DNA of 37,270 bases from an uncultured delta proteobacterium (GTDB taxonomy: Bacteria; Myxococcota_A; Polyangia; Fen-1088), in the NCBI GenBank assembly GCA_963755125.1, contig CAVWIP010000009.1:1-37270 (forward strand), read 5' to 3'. This document shows, in pieces, positions 28,678 through 37,270 of this stretch. Position 1 is the first letter of the stretch, and every line of letters begins with the position of its first letter. The notes below the pieces were generated by a model. That model was given only the letters and a program-made list of their open reading frames with translations. It made no database searches and was not told the DNA's origin. Both the position numbers and the translations under genes were made by a program.

Positions 28678-29016
28678 CACTGGGAGGACGCCGCGGATCG
28701 ATTCAGGGAATACATGCGCAAGGTACCTGATCTGACCGAGAAAGAGAAAGTCGATGTGAACGCGCACATCGCGGAATGCGATTCCATGCTTGCGAAGCAA
28801 GCTAGTGCAGCGGTTCCACCGTGCAAGACGCCGCGCCGCACTCGGTTTCTGCCGCTCAGGCTCCATCCAGCGCAAGCGCCAGCTATCCGAACACTGGTTC
28901 TGCCTATCCCCCTCTGGTGCCTGTCGTGGCGACTACGCCGCTGCCGTCCGCATCCGAGGGCCGAGGGCTGCGGATCGCGGGAATCGCCACCACAGCGGTC
29001 GGGTTTTGCGCAATCA
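28678..29016 (+). pseudogene. Frameshifted internal fragment of a myxobacterial TPR-type exported/membrane protein
   Basis: HWEDAADRFREYMRK....I.EC, then a Pro/Ala linker and GRGLRIAGIATTAVG in another frame; no start; ends at the element. Confidence 0.5.
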
Positions 29017-29165
29017 CTGGAACCAATCTTTGAAAACGGCGGGTCAGCGATCCTGATGAGCGCGGCGACATTCTCGCCGAGCTGCTCGATTTCGTTGCAC
29101 TTGCCCTGCAAGGCGGCCGCGCTGAGCGCGGCCGAAATCCCGCGCTACCGAGGGATCATCTCCAG
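29017..29165. repeat. ~150-bp palindromic dispersed element, subtype B, copy 2
   Basis: TCACTGGA...TCCAGTGA terminal inverted repeat including flanks; near-identical to 15504-15653. Confidence 0.92.
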
Positions 29166-29330
29166 TGAGGCGGAGGTCTTTCGTGGCTCACGCTGCTATC
29201 CTACGTCCCGCTTCGTGGTACTCGACGGAGGATTTGCGCACCACACGCTGACCAACCTCGTGTGGCAACAGGAGGCGAGCGGCACGACCATGAGTTGGGC
29301 GGACGCCCAGACCTATTGCTCATCCGTGTC
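29166..29330 (+). pseudogene. Fragment of a DUF1566 (Lcl C-terminal) domain gene
   Basis: RFVVLDGG....TLTNLVWQQ......MSWADAQTYC resembles DUF1566 TGL.WQ...W..A..YC. Confidence 0.7.
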
Positions 29331-29424
29331 GGAAGGGAGTAAAAGGCGTCTTTGGTGAATCTTTCTACGCTCACGGTACCCCGAATGAATGGGTGATTGA
29401 TCGACCCCAAGGCGGAGGAGAAAT

Positions 29425-31203
29425 GTGATGACGCGAACAGGATGTCTGGCCATGGTCCTCGCGGTGCTCGTTGTGAGTTGTTCGTCCGGCGGAACCGGTT
29501 CGGGCACTTCTTCGACTGGCGCGGGAGGAAACGCGACGGGAGGGACGGGCGCTCCCTCACAAAGTGCGACCGGTTCGGGAGGTATGCAGCAAGCTGGTGG
29601 GCGATCAGGAGGTGGGGGTGCCTCAAGCGTTGGAGGCGGAGGTGGAATAGGTGGGATGACCGGGCTGGCTGGAGCGACGGTAGCAGGTGGCAACTCGACC
29701 GAGCAGGGCGGCGGCAGCAGTGGGCTGGGCAGCACAACTGGAGTGGGTGGCAGCACGACTGGAATGGGCGGCAACAGTAGTGGGGCGGGCAGCACAGCTG
29801 GTGTAGGCGGTGACGGCCTCGGCGGCGCGACCAGTGTAGGCGGCACGACTGGAGTAGGGGGTACGCCAAGCCTGAGTGGCGGGACGACCGGGGCAGGCGG
29901 CACAACCAGGCTGAGCGGCGGGACGACAGGAGGAGGCGGTACGACCGGGCAGGGTGGCAGCACGACCGGGCTTGGTGGATCGGGCGGGATGGTCAGCTCC
30001 GGCGGCACTTCCAGCTCTGCCGGCACAGGGGGCAGGAGCACGACCACCAGCTCAGGCGGAACTACCAGATCCGGGGGAGTTGTGACCACGGCAGGCTCCA
30101 GCGCGACTGGTGGCTCCGGTGGCAACGGTGGATCGAGCGCAACCGGTGGCTCCACTGGGACCAGCACGTGCGGTGCTGCGGCGGGATCAGGTCCTATCGG
30201 GGTCCTCACCGACCCTGGCCCGGGCTCGACCGATCCCTCGCCGCCCGACCCGCCGGGCATCACTTTCACGGACACCGACGGCGATCTGGTCGACGCCCAC
30301 GGCGGCGGCATCATCCAGGTGTGCGACACCTTCTATTTGCACGGCGAATACTTTTTGAGCACCACGACCGACAACGATTTCAACGGCTTCTCCATGTACT
30401 CATCCAAGAACCTGGCGACATGGAAGAAGGAGGGGAACAATGGGATCATCCTGCCCCAGCAGCCGAGCGGCCAGCTCGGGCCGAACCGAAAGGGCGAGAG
30501 GCCGCATATCATCAAGTGTCCGGCGACGGGAGAATTCGTTCTCTACGCCCATTCAGCCGACGTCACCTATGAGGTGGACAAAGAGGTCGTGTACGCAACC
30601 TCGCCTACCGTCAACGCTGTGTACAGCTTCAAAGGTTCTCTACTGAGCTCAACCGGAGCCATTGCTGCCCACAGCGACATGAGCGCCTTCGCCGACGAGA
30701 CTGGTGCCTATGTCGTCACGGAAAGCGGCTGGGTCTATACGCTGGCCAGCGACTGCCATAGCTGGGTGTCTAGCAAGCAGTTTTCGGTCCTCAACGGAAC
30801 CACGGGCGGCATTGAAGCGCCCACGGTGTTCAAGGATAACAGCGGCACCTACTACTTTATCGGCTCCGACAAGACAGGGTGGCGAGCCAACGACGATTTT
30901 TACTCCACAGCCAAATCCATGAATGGGCCGTGGACCTACCAGGGATACATTGCACCTCAAGGGAAGCTGACCTGGATGACCCAGAGTACCTGGGTTCAGC
31001 CCATCGTGGGAAGCCAGGGAACGGTTTTCATGTACTGGGGGGATCACTGGTATGGGAACCAAGACACCACCGCTCCCGGCGTGCACAACTATCTGGCGAC
31101 GTACGTATTCCAGCCACTGGTCTTCAACAGCGGGACGACATTGCTGCCGACCTATTTGGCGAGTTGGCAGATCAACGTCGGTGCAGGCACCTGGTCGCAG
31201 TAA
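29425..31203 (+). CDS. Lipoprotein with a long Gly/Thr/Ser linker and a GH43 domain (exo-beta-1,3-galactanase-like subgroup)
   Basis: Lipobox VLVVSC; ~250-aa low-complexity linker; AHGGGII, YLHGE, YSSKNL..W, ERPHII, EAPTVFK, TGW..N, TQST, YWGDHW. Confidence 0.88.
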   Translation: MMTRTGCLAMVLAVLVVSCSSGGTGSGTSSTGAGGNATGGTGAPSQSATGSGGMQQAGGRSGGGGASSVGGGGGIGGMTGLAGATVAGGNSTEQGGGSSGLGSTTGVGGSTTGMGGNSSGAGSTAGVGGDGLGGATSVGGTTGVGGTPSLSGGTTGAGGTTRLSGGTTGGGGTTGQGGSTTGLGGSGGMVSSGGTSSSAGTGGRSTTTSSGGTTRSGGVVTTAGSSATGGSGGNGGSSATGGSTGTSTCGAAAGSGPIGVLTDPGPGSTDPSPPDPPGITFTDTDGDLVDAHGGGIIQVCDTFYLHGEYFLSTTTDNDFNGFSMYSSKNLATWKKEGNNGIILPQQPSGQLGPNRKGERPHIIKCPATGEFVLYAHSADVTYEVDKEVVYATSPTVNAVYSFKGSLLSSTGAIAAHSDMSAFADETGAYVVTESGWVYTLASDCHSWVSSKQFSVLNGTTGGIEAPTVFKDNSGTYYFIGSDKTGWRANDDFYSTAKSMNGPWTYQGYIAPQGKLTWMTQSTWVQPIVGSQGTVFMYWGDHWYGNQDTTAPGVHNYLATYVFQPLVFNSGTTLLPTYLASWQINVGAGTWSQ

Positions 31204-31427
31204 CGTCTATCGTTGCGTGCTCGATGTTCACCCGTCCTGTCCACAAAGGCATCGCCAAACTCACCGCGTGGATTCACGAAGATGAGCGGCTTGAATCGGC
31301 ATCCGAAGCGGGCACGTCGGCGGCATCCTTCATGGACGTTCACTCCGGCATGGCAAGGCTGCTTGCGGGTTGCGGGAACAACGACGACGCAATCTAGTAC
31401 CCCGTCTTCAGGGATTTTGACGAGTTG

Positions 31428-31667
31428 CTATAGCAGGGGCGGGATCACCTCGGCAGGGAGGAGCAACTCGATGCTGCGGGCCTGCCCTGGCCGCCGTCGG
31501 ATCAGCCCCCGCTTCTCCAGTTGGACCACCATCTGATGAACCGTGGGTGGCGTAACACCGAAGCAGGCTTGCATGTCGGCTTCTGCCGGCGGACGACGGT
31601 GCAGCTTGGTGTAAGTGTAGATGAAAGCCAGATACTGGCCCTGCTTGTCGGTGAAGAGTTTGGTCAT
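31428..31667 (-). CDS. Small winged-helix regulator (LexA N-terminal/MarR-like)
   Basis: FTDKQGQYLAFI..Y.....RPPAEADMQ..FGVTPPTVHQMV..LE..GLI.R.PG.ARSI; 79 aa with no peptidase domain. Confidence 0.85.
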   Translation of the reverse strand: MTKLFTDKQGQYLAFIYTYTKLHRRPPAEADMQACFGVTPPTVHQMVVQLEKRGLIRRRPGQARSIELLLPAEVIPPLL

Positions 31668-31718
31668 TTTCTGGACCAGCCGTCGTTGACGTGGTGCCTC
31701 GGCGCGGGAGGCATGGCG

Positions 31719-32030
31719 ATGAATGTACGTTACATGGTCCAGTTGGACACGAGCGAGCGCCAGAAACTCGAGTTGCTCGTCGCAGGTGGCAAACGGCCGG
31801 CGCGCGAGGTCAAGCTCGCTCAGATTCTTGCTCGCCGCCGACGGAGGCAGCACCGACGAAGAGATTGCCAGCACAGTCCAGGTTGCAGCGGCGACGGTGT
31901 ACCAGACCAGGCGGCGATTCGTCGAGGATGGCCTCGACCGCGCGCTCGCAGAAGATCCGCGCCCCGGCGGAAAGCGAAAGCTGTCCACCACCGAGGAGGC
32001 CATGCTGGTGGCTCTGGCGTGCGCCCTGAG
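31719..32030 (+). mobile_element. IS630-family transposase N-terminal (HTH) remnant, frameshifted and truncated
   Basis: GGGAGG RBS; MNVRY.V.L...ER..L, AQILL.AD.G.TDEEIA, RRRFVE.GL..AL...PRPG..RKL....EA.LVALAC; extra base near 31830; no DDE domain. Confidence 0.88.
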
Positions 32031-32370
32031 GACGAGCACCGGTGCCCGATGCGCTGGGTGGAAGAGCGCGCTGGCGACCCCGAATACAACACCAACCACT
32101 CCGCATTCTGGCGTGTCGTTCGAGCTGTCACCTCAAAGGCGTATTCATGACCCAACCCTCCCGCCCCTGGACGGAGTCGCCTTCTCTGTTGGTCCAACCT
32201 CTTCAAGCTGTCCCCCGAGGGCCGTGGAAACCCATCGACAAAACTGCGCCGCCTGATCGCTCAGACTCGGGTTTCGCCCTTTCCTGATCTGGCGCGTCGC
32301 GAATTTCACGGCGAAGACGCAGCGGGATTCGCGACGTAGCGGTCAGGCGCAACACTTCTTGAATTTGGCG

Positions 32371-32442
32371 CCCGTGCCGGCTACCCAAGGTATCCGCGCG
32401 AGATGACAGCGGAAACCTGAGACAATGGGCAGCTCGACTGGC
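32371..32442 (+). repeat. Dispersed repeat C, copy 2
   Basis: First 40 bp differ from 3031-3070 at one position. Confidence 0.85.
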
Positions 32443-32879
32443 GTCGCCTTCCACCAGCTCCATCCCCAACCGCAGGAGGTTCTCGCCAAGGGCCTCGAAG
32501 CCCCGGGCGCCGCGAACTACGTGGCCGCGTCGCCTGTGTCGTGGCCAGGCCCGCCCAGAAGCCGAGAACCGGCTGCCGGCCAGCCTGGCCGCCATACAAC
32601 ACCTCGTCAACGGTCAGCGGGCGAAGCCAACATTGCAAACGTCGACGTTGTCGTGGGTCATCTGGTTGCAGCTCCAAACGTGGGCAAACGGGCTTCCAGG
32701 TCACCCTTTCGGTGGAGGCATGACCTAGCGAATCACAGAAGTCTGAGGGCGCACACGTGTACACCGCCGATGAAAACCTCAATGATATTGAGGAGGTTGC
32801 GCCTGCGTGCAGAAGGCGTGGGAATGTCTTCGCGCACAGCTGGGGCTTGTTCTCCCAGCTCGCGGCCACGTCAGTGGGC

Positions 32880-32929
32880 CGCCACACCCGCCACACCCGC
32901 CACACCCGCCGCGCTGCCTGGACTCACAA
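32880..32929. repeat. Third, shorter copy of the iteron-like tail (CGCCACACC x3)
   Basis: Same 9-bp period and the same downstream CGCTGC..G..CTCACAA as 17771 and 25145. Confidence 0.75.
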
Positions 32930-33007
32930 CGATCAGGCCATGACCAAATCCATTGGGCAGCGTGTCGATCCAATCTGCGATCTGAGGGAGGAATAGTGAC
33001 GTCATTT

Positions 33008-33104
33008 CCCTCTTCAACCGCGAGAAAGTGTGACCAGGCGAGCTGCCCGTTGTCCCGGATTTGAGCTGTCATCTCGCGCGGATGCGTTCCGTAGCCACCA
33101 CGGG
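33008..33104 (-). repeat. Dispersed repeat C, copy 3 (inverted)
   Basis: The reverse complement aligns gaplessly with 3031-3126. Confidence 0.8.
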
Positions 33105-33202
33105 AGCTAACCGTCTATCCCCTTAGGGAAAAAACCCCTCGAAGCAAATTCGTCTTGACCCCGCAGGCCGCTTTATCGAGGACACTACGGGACTGCGCCG
33201 CT

Positions 33203-35065
33203 CTATCGATCTCCGCTGACCTCGCCAAGACGTGCGGCCAGGCGATCCAGTCGCCTGTCTCGCTGTGCCCAACCGGTCGCGAGCGCGACGGCCTCTGGCG
33301 TGCGGTCCAGGCGGAACAGGCACTTCGCGAGTTCGTAGCCCAGCGCGGGCTCTCGACTGCCCAGAGCTTCAGCGCGCCGAAGCAACGGCTCTCCCTGCTC
33401 GGGGCGCCCGAACTCCACGTCGAGGAGGCCAGCGCGCAGCAGCGCCCTGGCATCGTTCTCCGAAGGAGAAGGGCGCGCGAGGGCGCGCAAGGCGGCGGCT
33501 CCCGAGGCCGCCAGAAGGTCTCGTTCGGCTTGGGCGGGTTGCGGGCCTAGCCCGGCGGCGCGCAGGGCACGCAGCAAGGCGGCCTCATCGCCCGGTCCCC
33601 GGCGAAGGAAGACTTCAGCCTGCTCGTCGCGATAGATGGCAATCCAGCGACGACGGTCCCAGATTCCCTCGGGAAAGAAGGGGCGCTTGGATGCGATCAT
33701 CGTCACACCCAAGCGGTCGAAGTCAGCCTCCACCGCCGGGACCAAGGACGGAGCGGCGCCCGCGGCAAAGGCCCGGTGGCCCAGGTCGTGGAGTTCCGGA
33801 GGAAACAGCGTGGTGCGACCGTCCATGAATACCCGCTGCGCGGGCCAAAGGCGGAATATGAGGTAGCCGCCCCAATCCACGCTGTTCCACATGCGCCCGC
33901 CCAGCGCGGCCCGGGCGAGAAAATCCGCCATCCGCTCGGGAAATTCGCCGGCTCGAATCGGCCGGCCCGCGTTCGTCAGGGCGTTGCGCAGACCTCCCTG
34001 TAGCGCCCCCACGCCGTACGCATAGCTACACACGCCCAGGGCGAGCGCCGCGACGACCGTCACAGTGGCCCTCTTTGGCTGGCGTGAAGCGTCAGGGGAA
34101 ACCGCGGAGACTTGCGACTTCGGCGCCTCGGCTAGGAGAAGCAATGCCGCTGGAAAGACCAAGTACACATGGCGCCCGGCGGACGCAGAGACCGCAGCAG
34201 CGGCCAAGGCCACGGCGAAGGCGCCCGCGTCCGGCCTCGGACGGAGAAAGGCCCGCACGAGCAATGCCGCCAACGCCGCGAACGGCGCGAATGCAGCCAC
34301 CACGTTGTGGAGCGTGCCGTCAGGCGCCTGCAAATAGCGCCACACGGGCGCCCATTCGGGAACATTGGCAGCCTTCGTGACGGCCCGTGTGGCGAGAGCT
34401 TCCCGGTAGATGCCCAGACCTGCCGGATTGCAGGCCACGGCCAGGATCGTACATGCGGCTAGAACTGCCGCGGTTCGGTTGCGTCGGGCCAGTGCGGCCG
34501 CCACGGCAAGAACCGGGGCCAGGACCGCTCCGCCGTGAAGGTTGGCCCACAGCACGGCAAGTCCCAAAGCAACGAGTATCCGCCGTCGGTCAGGCGGCGC
34601 AAACAAAAGGGCGACAAAGGCAATCTCGCAGGGGAATGCCAGGACATGAGGGCGGGGCCTCATCCGATCGATGTAAAGAAGCAGCACGAGTGCAAAGATC
34701 AGGAGGACGGCCGGCGCGTTCCGACTGCGCAGCCACGCAAGCCGCACGAGAAGCCCGAGCCCCAAGAGCACCGCCGCGCCACCCAGCGCGCGCACGCCGT
34801 TCCAGCCCGCGCATCGAAAAGCCAGGTAGAAGGCCACTTCGGAGAGCCACTCGTGGGTGGTCCACGGCACGCCAGCGCACGTCCACGTGAAGGGATCAGT
34901 CCTGGGAATTGCGCGCGTGGTCGTGATGATCTCACCAATCTTCACGTGCCAGAATTCGTCGATGTCCCAGATGGGCTGCAGGAGAACCAGCACAGCAACC
35001 GCGAAGAGGCAAGCTATCGCCGCCCAGCACCAGACCGGCACCGTCTTCGGTTGCAGCCGGGTCAT
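33203..35065 (-). CDS. Polytopic membrane protein, GT-C-like, with a C-terminal TPR-like region
   Basis: D.FWH...G, DPFTWT, HEWLSE, RPRPH, LWANLHGG, EW.P, WGGYLI, FMDGR; ATGA overlap with the upstream gene. Confidence 0.8.
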   Translation of the reverse strand: MTRLQPKTVPVWCWAAIACLFAVAVLVLLQPIWDIDEFWHVKIGEIITTTRAIPRTDPFTWTCAGVPWTTHEWLSEVAFYLAFRCAGWNGVRALGGAAVLLGLGLLVRLAWLRSRNAPAVLLIFALVLLLYIDRMRPRPHVLAFPCEIAFVALLFAPPDRRRILVALGLAVLWANLHGGAVLAPVLAVAAALARRNRTAAVLAACTILAVACNPAGLGIYREALATRAVTKAANVPEWAPVWRYLQAPDGTLHNVVAAFAPFAALAALLVRAFLRPRPDAGAFAVALAAAAVSASAGRHVYLVFPAALLLLAEAPKSQVSAVSPDASRQPKRATVTVVAALALGVCSYAYGVGALQGGLRNALTNAGRPIRAGEFPERMADFLARAALGGRMWNSVDWGGYLIFRLWPAQRVFMDGRTTLFPPELHDLGHRAFAAGAAPSLVPAVEADFDRLGVTMIASKRPFFPEGIWDRRRWIAIYRDEQAEVFLRRGPGDEAALLRALRAAGLGPQPAQAERDLLAASGAAALRALARPSPSENDARALLRAGLLDVEFGRPEQGEPLLRRAEALGSREPALGYELAKCLFRLDRTPEAVALATGWAQRDRRLDRLAARLGEVSGDR

Positions 35066-36633
35066 ACGGGCAGCGGGCTTTTCGCCTTGAGCGATGGATC
35101 AGCCTCCTTTGCCAGGCAAGATTGCCACCAACTCCGTCGCATTTGCAGCACGGTCAAGATGCAAAAGTAAATCCACACCAAGTTTCTCCCCAGCACCAAC
35201 AATGTAACCCGCAGGGTAGGCAGAAGGTAGGTCGCATTCGGGCTCGAAGTCGGGCGCATCAGCTCCGCCCAGAGGCCAGGAAAGATCACGGCGGTAAGAC
35301 CGCACGCCAGCACGAAAGCCAACGGCGCGGCGGCGGCACGCCGAGAGTGGGGTTGTTCCACCAACAAGAATCCGGGGAGAAACCAGCAAAGATACTGTGG
35401 CGAGAACACCTTTGATCCCGCTATCGCCAGGGCCAGAACCGCAAATGACGCCCAAACGAAAGCCTGCGGATGGCGTTCTGCGACATTGAAATCGACTCTA
35501 TCGTCGACGGTGGCCGCCGAGGCCCGTGGGCGCCGAGCTGCGTGCCAAATCAACCAGTAGATCAGAAATGTTGCGGCCAAGACCACGCCTAGCGATGCTG
35601 TGGCGAGAAATCCCGCCGCAGTTCCCACGATGCCGCCAGCGCCGAACGCATGCACGACTTGCACCGGGTAGCCGAGGCGAGCAGCCACCAGCAGGATCGA
35701 ACTCCAGGTCGACTCGATCTGCAGACCACGCTGGCTGTGATAAGCAAGAAAGTCCCAGACCCTGGGACCCCAGGCGAGACGAAACGGCAGAAAGAGGCCG
35801 AGCGCGACGCCCACAAACATCCCGCAGGCCAAGAGCCCAGCTCTGAGCACGCGCCCTTTCGCGAGCCCACCAACCAGAACAGTGCTTGGCAGCGCCCCAA
35901 ATAGGAACAGCGGTAGGAGCAGCAGGGGAACAAGCTTCAGGTTCACGGCTACGGCGAGAAGAGCTAGGGCGACATACTTGCGGCCCGCCACCTGCGCCCC
36001 CAAGGCGCCCAGGAGGACCATTCCCACCCATAGATCGAGCCGGTCGTAGAGCAGATTGGCCAATACGATCCCGCCCACTGTCCCGATAGCGAGCCCCCAC
36101 GGCGAGCCAAGCCCACGTCGTCGCAACCAGAATGCCAAACCGATCACCGTAGCCACATCCGCCACAAAATAGAGCCACCGAAAACTGCGCGCCCAGCTCG
36201 CGACATCTAGCGTTGTCTTGCCATGTACGCCTAACCCAGCATCATCTGGCATCCATGCTAGCGGCGCGAGCATGAGAGCCAAAGCCAGCGGCGGATACTC
36301 GATGGTGACCTGATCGAAACGCAATCGCGGCTGTCCCTGCGCCAGACTCGCCGATCGCGCTACTCTCTCGTAAAGGTCGTACGGAGACTGCCCCAACCGA
36401 CCAGCCTTCCTTATTACGAAGGCATAAAGAGAATAGATTAGCGTATCGCTGATACCGTGCCTAGGGACGAACGCGACGGTGGCCCGCGACCCCAGGAAAA
36501 AAGCCAAAACCAAAATGACTGCGGTAACGCGTTTCGAACTTTCCACACGGTTAGTATCAAGCGGTCGTCGAGCGGCCGCCACTGCTATATTGCATTCACC
36601 CGTGCTGTCCGAATACTCGTCGCCGAGCCTCAT
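35062..36633 (-). CDS. Glycosyltransferase family 87 (DUF2029)-like membrane protein
   Basis: EYPPLA, YDRLDL, KLVP, RGLQIES, KVFSPQYLCW. Confidence 0.82.
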   Translation of the reverse strand: MRLGDEYSDSTGECNIAVAAARRPLDTNRVESSKRVTAVILVLAFFLGSRATVAFVPRHGISDTLIYSLYAFVIRKAGRLGQSPYDLYERVARSASLAQGQPRLRFDQVTIEYPPLALALMLAPLAWMPDDAGLGVHGKTTLDVASWARSFRWLYFVADVATVIGLAFWLRRRGLGSPWGLAIGTVGGIVLANLLYDRLDLWVGMVLLGALGAQVAGRKYVALALLAVAVNLKLVPLLLLPLFLFGALPSTVLVGGLAKGRVLRAGLLACGMFVGVALGLFLPFRLAWGPRVWDFLAYHSQRGLQIESTWSSILLVAARLGYPVQVVHAFGAGGIVGTAAGFLATASLGVVLAATFLIYWLIWHAARRPRASAATVDDRVDFNVAERHPQAFVWASFAVLALAIAGSKVFSPQYLCWFLPGFLLVEQPHSRRAAAAPLAFVLACGLTAVIFPGLWAELMRPTSSPNATYLLPTLRVTLLVLGRNLVWIYFCILTVLQMRRSWWQSCLAKEADPSLKAKSPLPV

Positions 36634-36655
36634 GCGGCCTTACGTTGGTAATAGT

Positions 36656-37270
36656 TCAGAAGCCCGCCGAGGCGTGGAGGCTTGCCTCGAACTTACCCTC
36701 ACAAGAGGCCTGGTCGAAGACGCACGTTGCATCGCCAGCCTGCTCGCCATCGTCCAGCGTTGGAAGACCACCGAGGTCGCACTCGACGGCGACATCCTCG
36801 GCCGCCAGCAGCTCGCCCTCTTTCTCTCCAGGCTCGAACCCGTCCGACGTTGCTGGCTGCGCCGCAAACCACTGGGGAAAGGGGTCTGTCGTCGCTCCTG
36901 CCGACTCGGCTGCGATGCGCTTCGATTGGAGCCCTCCCAGGATCTGGGCTACCACCGCGGTTCCGAGCCACCGTGGTTTGCCGTCGGGCGATTCGATGGT
37001 GAGTGCGTCTTCGTCGACAAACAGGCCCTCCGCGACCAGGTCGCCGACGAATGCAACAGTGCCGTCCCTCTCTGCCCTTTCTTCGATCCTGGCGCTGTCG
37101 CTACCGCCATCGCTGCTCTTCCCGATACCCTCGCCGCCGACGACTCCAACTGGTCCATGCTTTTCGACTTCGAAGGCAAGCCCGCTTGGATCTGGCCCCA
37201 CGGCCAGATTCCGCCCTCCAACCTGAGCACCTCTGCCGAATTCCACCTACTGCCGACCGGCTGGTTAATG
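36656..37270 (+). CDS. Hypothetical Cys-containing protein, open to the window end and absent from the ORF track
   Basis: 205 stop-free codons on the + strand (SEARRGVEACLEL...WFAVGRFDG...LCPFFD...) with GC-rich third positions; possible starts ATG 36632 or GTG 36674. Confidence 0.6.

Noticed and set aside
28714..29358. 214-aa ORF in the track
   Set aside because: It is a chance read-through across a TPR-like fragment, the palindromic element and a DUF1566 fragment, not one gene
29313..30329. Pro-rich 338-aa minus-strand ORF
   Set aside because: Antisense shadow of the Gly-rich linker
31428..32099. 223-aa ORF
   Set aside because: Its N-terminal part is the antisense of the IS630 remnant; the real gene starts at 31667
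17771..32929. CRISPR array or integron attC interpretation of the repeats
   Set aside because: No regular repeat-spacer period and no cas genes; the elements lack RYYYAAC/GTTRRRY ends and there is no integron integrase
36656..37246. Minus-strand 196-aa ORF
   Set aside because: Composition indicates the antisense of a + strand coding frame

Overview
GC-rich bacterial window that looks myxobacterial: it has a Myxococcus-type LexA box and lipoproteins with Gly/Thr/Ser linkers. The intact genes are a DUF4185-like lipoprotein, GH5 and GH43 glycosidases, cysteine synthase, membrane proteins, an SOS-boxed imuA-imuB-dnaE2 cassette followed by a separately SOS-boxed UvrD-like helicase, and two GT-C-type glycosyltransferases. 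An accessory block holds ORF6N, a sirtuin, two AAA_14/DUF4143 ATPases, a diheme cytochrome c peroxidase, an MNT-HEPN toxin-antitoxin pair, a NERD-helicase and a DUF3631 replication-type protein. The intergenic DNA is unusual. It is a mosaic of short unrelated gene fragments (terminase, SRAP, IS200 TnpA, group II intron, DUF763, DUF1566, IS630 and others), and four copies of one ~150-bp imperfectly palindromic element sit at or next to fragment junctions. A 297-bp, mostly synonymously diverged copy of the helicase 3' end brackets a 19,948-bp unit carrying the mutasome and DUF3631. I saw no integrase, tRNA, rRNA or CRISPR array. All family calls come from motif recognition by eye, not from database searches.
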